Positions 59,005 to 64,000 of a stretch of 64,000 bases of DNA are shown here, piece after piece (position 1 is the first letter of the stretch; each line of letters begins with the position of its first letter). The notes under the pieces were generated by a model. The model was not told the origin of the DNA. It made no database searches and saw only the letters and a program-made list of their open reading frames with translations. The position numbers were made by a program, and so were the translations under genes. Source of the DNA: Alphaproteobacteria bacterium (GTDB lineage: Bacteria > Pseudomonadota > Alphaproteobacteria > UBA7887); contig CBDCGL010000011.1 of assembly GCA_965216755.1 (NCBI GenBank), positions 1,280,001-1,344,000 of the forward strand. The letters run 5' to 3'.

Positions 59005-60081
59005 CTATCCTGCCGCCACGTTCGCGCGCGCGGGTTGGCGCGGATGGCGGCGCGCAAAGTCGTCGGCAATCTCATCGAATGTTGTGAACCGAACGCCCGC
59101 GTGACTGGTGAAATATTCAACAAGACGTTCGAGCATCAAAAGCACTTGCGGCCTTCCGGAAACATCCGGATGGATTGTCATCGTGAATACGGCATAGTCG
59201 TATTCACGATAAACCCAATCGAATTGATCGCGCCACAAATCCTCAATATCGCGGGGATTGACAAAACCGAAACTATTCGGCGCGGCCTTTATGAACATCA
59301 TAGGCGGCAAGTCATCCAAATACCAACTACCCGGGATGTCGATCAGGTCGGTTTCTGCCCCGCGCACCAAAGGCTTCATCCATTCGTCAGGATGTTTGGA
59401 ATAATCGATCGGCGTCCAGCTATCGCCGACGCGGACATAAAACGGATGGAAGTCCCTGTTCATCAAGCTGTGGTCATATTTGATGCCCCGCTTGAGCAGC
59501 AGTTCGTTGGTGACCGGGCTGAACTCCCACCACGGCGCCACATAGCCGGTCGGGCGCCGGCCACTCAAGCGCTCGATCAGGTCGATGCATTTGTCCATGA
59601 CGGCCTCTTCCTGTTCCGGCGTCATGGCAATCGGATTTTCGTGGGAATAGCCGTGCATGCCGATTTCGTGGCCAGCTTCGACGACCATGCGGCACTCGTC
59701 GGGGAATGTCTCTATCGAATGGCCGGGAATGAACCACGAGGTCGGAATACCCAACTTGTCGAACAAGCGTACCAATCGCGGCACGCCAACTTCGCCGGCA
59801 AACAAACCGCGCGAGATATCACATGGTGAATCCTCGCCACCGTAGGAGCCGAGCCAGCCCGCGACGGCATCAACATCGACACCGAACGCACAGAAGATCT
59901 CCTTCTTGCCGCCGCCGCCGGCCTTCGCCAGGTGCCGCGAGCCAATGTTAGCCGTGCTGGTGCTCGGTGTAATGAGCGGTCGTGGTCGATAACGTTCCGC
60001 ACTCGCGCGGCCGCCGGAACTTCGCAACGCTTTGTTATGATCGCTGCCTGGTCGTTGATTCATCACACGCCTCCCGCTCAC
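59005..60081 (-). CDS. Polysaccharide deacetylase family (PgdA/HP0310-like); true start probably further downstream
   Basis: [32 protein letters not shown] and [10 protein letters not shown] motifs. Confidence 0.9.
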   Translation of the reverse strand: MSGRRVMNQRPGSDHNKALRSSGGRASAERYRPRPLITPSTSTANIGSRHLAKAGGGGKKEIFCAFGVDVDAVAGWLGSYGGEDSPCDISRGLFAGEVGVPRLVRLFDKLGIPTSWFIPGHSIETFPDECRMVVEAGHEIGMHGYSHENPIAMTPEQEEAVMDKCIDLIERLSGRRPTGYVAPWWEFSPVTNELLLKRGIKYDHSLMNRDFHPFYVRVGDSWTPIDYSKHPDEWMKPLVRGAETDLIDIPGSWYLDDLPPMMFIKAAPNSFGFVNPRDIEDLWRDQFDWVYREYDYAVFTMTIHPDVSGRPQVLLMLERLVEYFTSHAGVRFTTFDEIADDFARRHPRQPARANVAAG

Positions 60082-60214
60082 GACCGATCGTCTCAGCCGC
60101 CGCTATCTTGCGTCGGTTGCGCTTTGTGGGGCAAGAGCCGTTTCATCAAGACCGCACACCCGTTGCCGGACAATGGCACACGGGGTATCGTTTTGCGTCA
60201 ACACGCGGAGAAAG

Positions 60215-60928
60215 ATGGCCATGGGCGAGACACATCACGAAACGTTTGAGGACTATCAGCGAAAGGGCTTGGGAAGTCGTTCTGGCTTTGGCGAGAAACC
60301 GGCGTTCGTGGTCGTCGATTTTAGCAATGGTTTTACTGATCCAACCAGCCCGCTGGGCGGCGACTTCAGCAAGGAGCTAGCCGTAACGGCGGCGTTACTC
60401 GACGGTTTTCGTCGCCGTGGCTTGCCAATTGTATTTACAACGGTTGCCTACGAGCCGCATTTCCGCGATGCCGGAGTCTTCATCAAGAAAGTCCCGTCGC
60501 TGTCGATCCTGCTCAAGGGCTCGCAAATGGTCGCGATCGATGACCGTATCCGGCCGCGCCCGGATGAGATGGTGCTGGAAAAGAAGTTCGCGAGCGCGTT
60601 TTTTGGTACCGAATTGGACCGCCATTTGCGCTCTTTGGCTGTAGATACGGTCGTGATCGCCGGCGCCACGACCAGCGGTTGCGTTCGCGCCAGCGCCGTC
60701 GACTCGATGCAGCATGGATTCCAGACGATTGTGGTCCGCGATGCGGTCGGCGACCGCGCGCAAGGTCCCCATGAGGCGAACTTGTTTGATATCGACGCCA
60801 AATATGGAGACGTCGTCTCCGGTCAGCAGGTTCTGACATATCTGGAAGAGCTCGGTCGTGCTGGCGGGATGGCAAGTAAGGCAGCCGATGCCTTTGACCG
60901 CTGGTGGAATCGCGGCGCAGTCGCCTGA
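60215..60928 (+). CDS. Isochorismatase family amidohydrolase (N-carbamoylsarcosine amidase / maleamate amidohydrolase-like)
   Basis: VVDF, KKFASAFFGT and GATTSGCVRAS motifs. Confidence 0.92.
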   Translation: MAMGETHHETFEDYQRKGLGSRSGFGEKPAFVVVDFSNGFTDPTSPLGGDFSKELAVTAALLDGFRRRGLPIVFTTVAYEPHFRDAGVFIKKVPSLSILLKGSQMVAIDDRIRPRPDEMVLEKKFASAFFGTELDRHLRSLAVDTVVIAGATTSGCVRASAVDSMQHGFQTIVVRDAVGDRAQGPHEANLFDIDAKYGDVVSGQQVLTYLEELGRAGGMASKAADAFDRWWNRGAVA

Positions 60929-60939
60929 CGGACGTCACG

Positions 60940-61428
60940 ATGACCGACGAACGCCGCGGCGCGTACAGTTCACCGCTTGACGACATGCTGGTCCAGGCGC
61001 GCCAGCAATTTGACAGTTTGCTCGATGCGGAGGCGGCGGTCGAGGCGCCGCCCTCGCAGTCAGCCGAAGCGCTGGGCGCACCCGCCCGAATGACGCGACC
61101 GGATCTGGCACCATTGCCCGGCGCCGAAGATGCGATCCGCATGTTGCAACAGAAACATGTCAACAATTGGCGATATAATGTTGTCGAACGCCGCCATGAT
61201 GGATCAAGTGTCACGGTTCTGGTCGAATTGTTCGTCGCCGATATGACAGATCCCGTCTCAGCTTACGGCCACGCCCCAGGAAAAAGCAGTAGCGGCATTG
61301 TCCGTGGCACATCTGACGGCGTGTCATTTTCGATTGCGATGGGCCGGCCATCGCGGGCGACGAACCTGGATGCCGCATACGACCGCGCGATCGCGGATGC
61401 CCTGACCAATTGCGTCGCATTGCTATAG
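60940..61428 (+). CDS. Hypothetical protein homologous to the HyuB N-terminal Rad52-like domain
   Basis: LDDML..ARQQFD, AIRML...W.Y.VVE, VTVLVEL and RAIADALTNC.ALL segments align with the HyuB N-terminus. Confidence 0.75.
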   Translation: MTDERRGAYSSPLDDMLVQARQQFDSLLDAEAAVEAPPSQSAEALGAPARMTRPDLAPLPGAEDAIRMLQQKHVNNWRYNVVERRHDGSSVTVLVELFVADMTDPVSAYGHAPGKSSSGIVRGTSDGVSFSIAMGRPSRATNLDAAYDRAIADALTNCVALL

Positions 61429-61480
61429 GACGGGATAAAAGGGGCCGACGATGCGCGAACATCGCCGGCCCACGCCACTA

Positions 61481-63241
61481 TCATGCAAGTGGTCCAGGGT
61501 TTTTTAGGTACTTGTTTTTGATTGCGTCGGCGGTCCAGTAAGCCAACGCGCCCACCTGACCAGTCGGATTGAAACACGAAAGTTGTGGAAAAGCGCTGGC
61601 GCCCACCACAAACAGGTTGTCGACATCCCAACTCTGAAGATACCGATTGACGGCACTATTGTCTGGTGCGTCGCCAGCGATCGCCCCGCCGACTTGGTGG
61701 ATCATGAAGTAATACTGGCCCTGATCAAAACGCTGCGGCAGCCCCCACAACGCATAGTGGCTCGGATTCATTGCCTTAGCAACTTCTTCGCCCTTGCCGA
61801 CCATGTAACGGCTCAGTTTGTGTTCGTTGGGTCCAAAGTCGTAGGTCAGCCGCAACAGCGGATTGCCCCATGCGTCGTTGTAGTTGGGATCAAGATCCAT
61901 GTAGTTGCCGCGATAGGACAAATGATCATGCAGGCCGACCACAAGGAAGCTGCGGTTGTAGTAGTGGGCTACGGCTTTTTTCCAATCCGATCCCCACGCC
62001 GGCGTGCCTGGTGGAGCCGGTTGGAAGGCCAGTGGACCATGACCACCCATCCAGGCCACCATCAGGCTTCCTCCGATGAAATCAAGGCCGCTGTGGTCGA
62101 AGTTGTCGCCCTGCAAATCAGCGACGGCCGTATCGAGAGCCCCCGTCGCCATGTACGGATTGAAGTGATGTCCATCGTCGAAATAGGCCTGAATTCCTGG
62201 CGTTACCCAATGCCATGAGAAATTCTTACCGACCGCGCCCTTGCCTGTGGCTGGATCGTATGGCGCGCCGATGCCGGAGACCAACATCAGCTGGACATTG
62301 CTCCAAGTGAACGCCGTGAGAAGCACAATGTCGGCGGGTTGCTCGATTTCACGACCCAGACCGTCAATATATGTGACGCCGGTTGCCTTGTTGCCATTCG
62401 TGTTAATTCGGGTTACCGCTGCATTCGTCCGCACTTCGAAGTTTCCGGTATCAAACGCGGCTGGTAACGTGCAGGTCTGCGGTGTCGACTTTGCGGCCGT
62501 TTCACACGCATAATTCATGCAATAGCCGCAATAGACGCATTCACCCAAGCTCACCCCATCCGGATTGGTGTAAGGCTGACTGCACTGCGCTGCGGGCATG
62601 GGAAACGGGTGGTAGCCAAGACTTTTGGTGGCTTCCGCATAGACGTTGCCGGCGTGGCTCCGCTTCAATGGCGGATTCGGATAGTCGCGCGAACGCGGTC
62701 CCTCAAAGGGGTTGCCACCGGCTTGGACGTTGCCTTGAACATTTCCGGCCTTGCCCGATATGCCGCACGTATATTCAAACTGATCGTAATAAGGCTCCAT
62801 TTCCTCGTAAGTCATGGGCCAGTCTTGGATCGTGCAGTCTTCGGGAATCATGCGTGCGCCATAGCGTTCGATTGTTTGGCTCCGGATATTGAAATCCCAC
62901 GGGGTTAGGCGCCATGTCCACCCGGCCCAATGAAACCCCGCCCCGCCCACGCCAGACCCCCATGGCCAGGGACCGTGGCGTCGCTGCGGACGCGCGACTT
63001 CGCCCGTCGAATTACGAAACGTATGGGTCGTTTTTGACAGATCCTCGAACATTTCGAGGCGCCGTTCATACTTGAGTTGATCATGCATGGAAGGAAGACT
63101 GTAGTCCTCCTGCCGCCGCTCGCCACCACGCTCGAGGCCAACAACCTTGAGGCCTGCTTTGGCGAGCTCAAGTGCCATAATGCTTCCCGACCAACCGACA
63201 CCGATCGTCACAACGTCGACCGGTTTCATTTTGATCGCCAT
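61481..63241 (-). CDS. GMC oxidoreductase (gluconate 2-dehydrogenase flavoprotein-like)
   Basis: IGVGWSG, LERG, GSGVGG, CVYCGYC and NPTGQVGALAYW motifs. Confidence 0.9.
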   Translation of the reverse strand: MAIKMKPVDVVTIGVGWSGSIMALELAKAGLKVVGLERGGERRQEDYSLPSMHDQLKYERRLEMFEDLSKTTHTFRNSTGEVARPQRRHGPWPWGSGVGGAGFHWAGWTWRLTPWDFNIRSQTIERYGARMIPEDCTIQDWPMTYEEMEPYYDQFEYTCGISGKAGNVQGNVQAGGNPFEGPRSRDYPNPPLKRSHAGNVYAEATKSLGYHPFPMPAAQCSQPYTNPDGVSLGECVYCGYCMNYACETAAKSTPQTCTLPAAFDTGNFEVRTNAAVTRINTNGNKATGVTYIDGLGREIEQPADIVLLTAFTWSNVQLMLVSGIGAPYDPATGKGAVGKNFSWHWVTPGIQAYFDDGHHFNPYMATGALDTAVADLQGDNFDHSGLDFIGGSLMVAWMGGHGPLAFQPAPPGTPAWGSDWKKAVAHYYNRSFLVVGLHDHLSYRGNYMDLDPNYNDAWGNPLLRLTYDFGPNEHKLSRYMVGKGEEVAKAMNPSHYALWGLPQRFDQGQYYFMIHQVGGAIAGDAPDNSAVNRYLQSWDVDNLFVVGASAFPQLSCFNPTGQVGALAYWTADAIKNKYLKNPGPLA

Positions 63242-63355
63242 TCTCTCCTCCTCTCACGGCACGCGTCGCCTCTCGACACACGCCGCTTGTGGTATAATTT
63301 TGGATAGCGTGCTTATTTCCGCTTCAGCATCAACTTTTCTACGAAGCGAATGCAG

Positions 63356-64000
63356 CTACATGAAACCCACAAAATGGTTCGCGTTCCAATCCATCGCGAC
63401 GTCTTCCGATTCCGTACGTTTCTTGGGCGCCTCTGTCTTACGCGGTGCTTCGGCACGTTTGTGATGGGGATGACCATGATGGTCCTTCGGCACACGTGCC
63501 TGACGCACATCTTCCATGCTCACGGGCTCCACGTCGTACGGTTCGTTCTGGCCGATCACTTCGCTGTAAGACGCGGCGACGCCCGGATAGCCAACCAGTT
63601 TCCACCCGATCATATCGCGATTGCCGCCATAGGCGGGATCGGCAAAAAACCCATCCTTTGTGTCGGTGATCAAGTGAGCAAAGAAAGTTGCACCCGGCAC
63701 CTCTTCCAGCGACACGTCACCGGATACACCCTGCAATCCGCTCAGAACGTCTTCCTGCTGAGCCGCTTCGAGCTGGCTAAAGAACTTGCCATAGCTTTCC
63801 TGGCAGTACTGATCCGTGGCAGCGATGCCAACTTGGTAGAGCTGCCGAGGTGACAGGGGTAGCTGATAGCCTTGGTACCCGGTTGTGTCGCCGAACGGGC
63901 CTTGCTGATAAAATCGCGCACCGGCGCCATAGTCACCAGCCAACTGCTGATCGATAAAGTACGAGACGTCCGCCTCCAAAGCGCCGGGCCCGAGATCATC
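63356..64000 (-). CDS. Gluconate 2-dehydrogenase subunit 3-like (5' partial)
   Basis: FIDQQL, GYQLPL and GFFADPAYGGNRDMIGWKLVGYPG motifs. Confidence 0.88.
   Translation of the reverse strand, partial: DDLGPGALEADVSYFIDQQLAGDYGAGARFYQQGPFGDTTGYQGYQLPLSPRQLYQVGIAATDQYCQESYGKFFSQLEAAQQEDVLSGLQGVSGDVSLEEVPGATFFAHLITDTKDGFFADPAYGGNRDMIGWKLVGYPGVAASYSEVIGQNEPYDVEPVSMEDVRQARVPKDHHGHPHHKRAEAPRKTEAPKKRTESEDVAMDWNANHFVGFM

Noticed and set aside
54000-61428. Prophage or recombination module suggested by the Rad52/Sak-like domains
   Set aside because: No phage, integrase, exonuclease or SSB genes are present, and one copy is fused in frame to a metabolic enzyme.

Overview
A gene-dense 64-kb chromosomal segment, most likely from an alphaproteobacterium (purB, DUF1476 and purC-purS-purQ-purL-bolA-grxD synteny). 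No rRNA, tRNA, CRISPR array or intact transposase was recognised. Left part (1-11.6 kb): a soxZ-like fragment, a Tat-exported IorAB-type molybdoenzyme with a cytochrome c, and a convergent operon of split b6-like cytochrome b, subunit IV fused to a c-heme, octaheme HaoA and HaoB. This operon has no Rieske, cycAB or amo genes nearby. The HAO keeps the P460 cross-link Tyr but has Ala in place of the distal-pocket Asp. Middle: acyl-CoA genes, mtnA with an aldolase-SDR fusion, purine genes, a cytochrome P460/c'-beta family protein, DehI and a frameshifted GST. Right part (35-61 kb): an N-heterocycle catabolism island with the URC uracil operon, amidase, dihydropyrimidinase, a split ABC transporter, HyuAB, a deacetylase/COG0523 module and an isochorismatase. 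The island also encodes a 941-aa SPFH/flotillin with 29-aa coiled-coil repeats, a Rad52/Rad22-like domain present both fused to HyuB and as a stand-alone gene, and two paralogous 4-TM proteins. Together these are a candidate scaffolded or caged metabolic system. Several non-autonomous palindromic repeats (a two-copy ~180-bp MITE-like family and two other inverted repeats) lie between genes. All family assignments come from motif recognition and remembered reference sequences; no database search was run.
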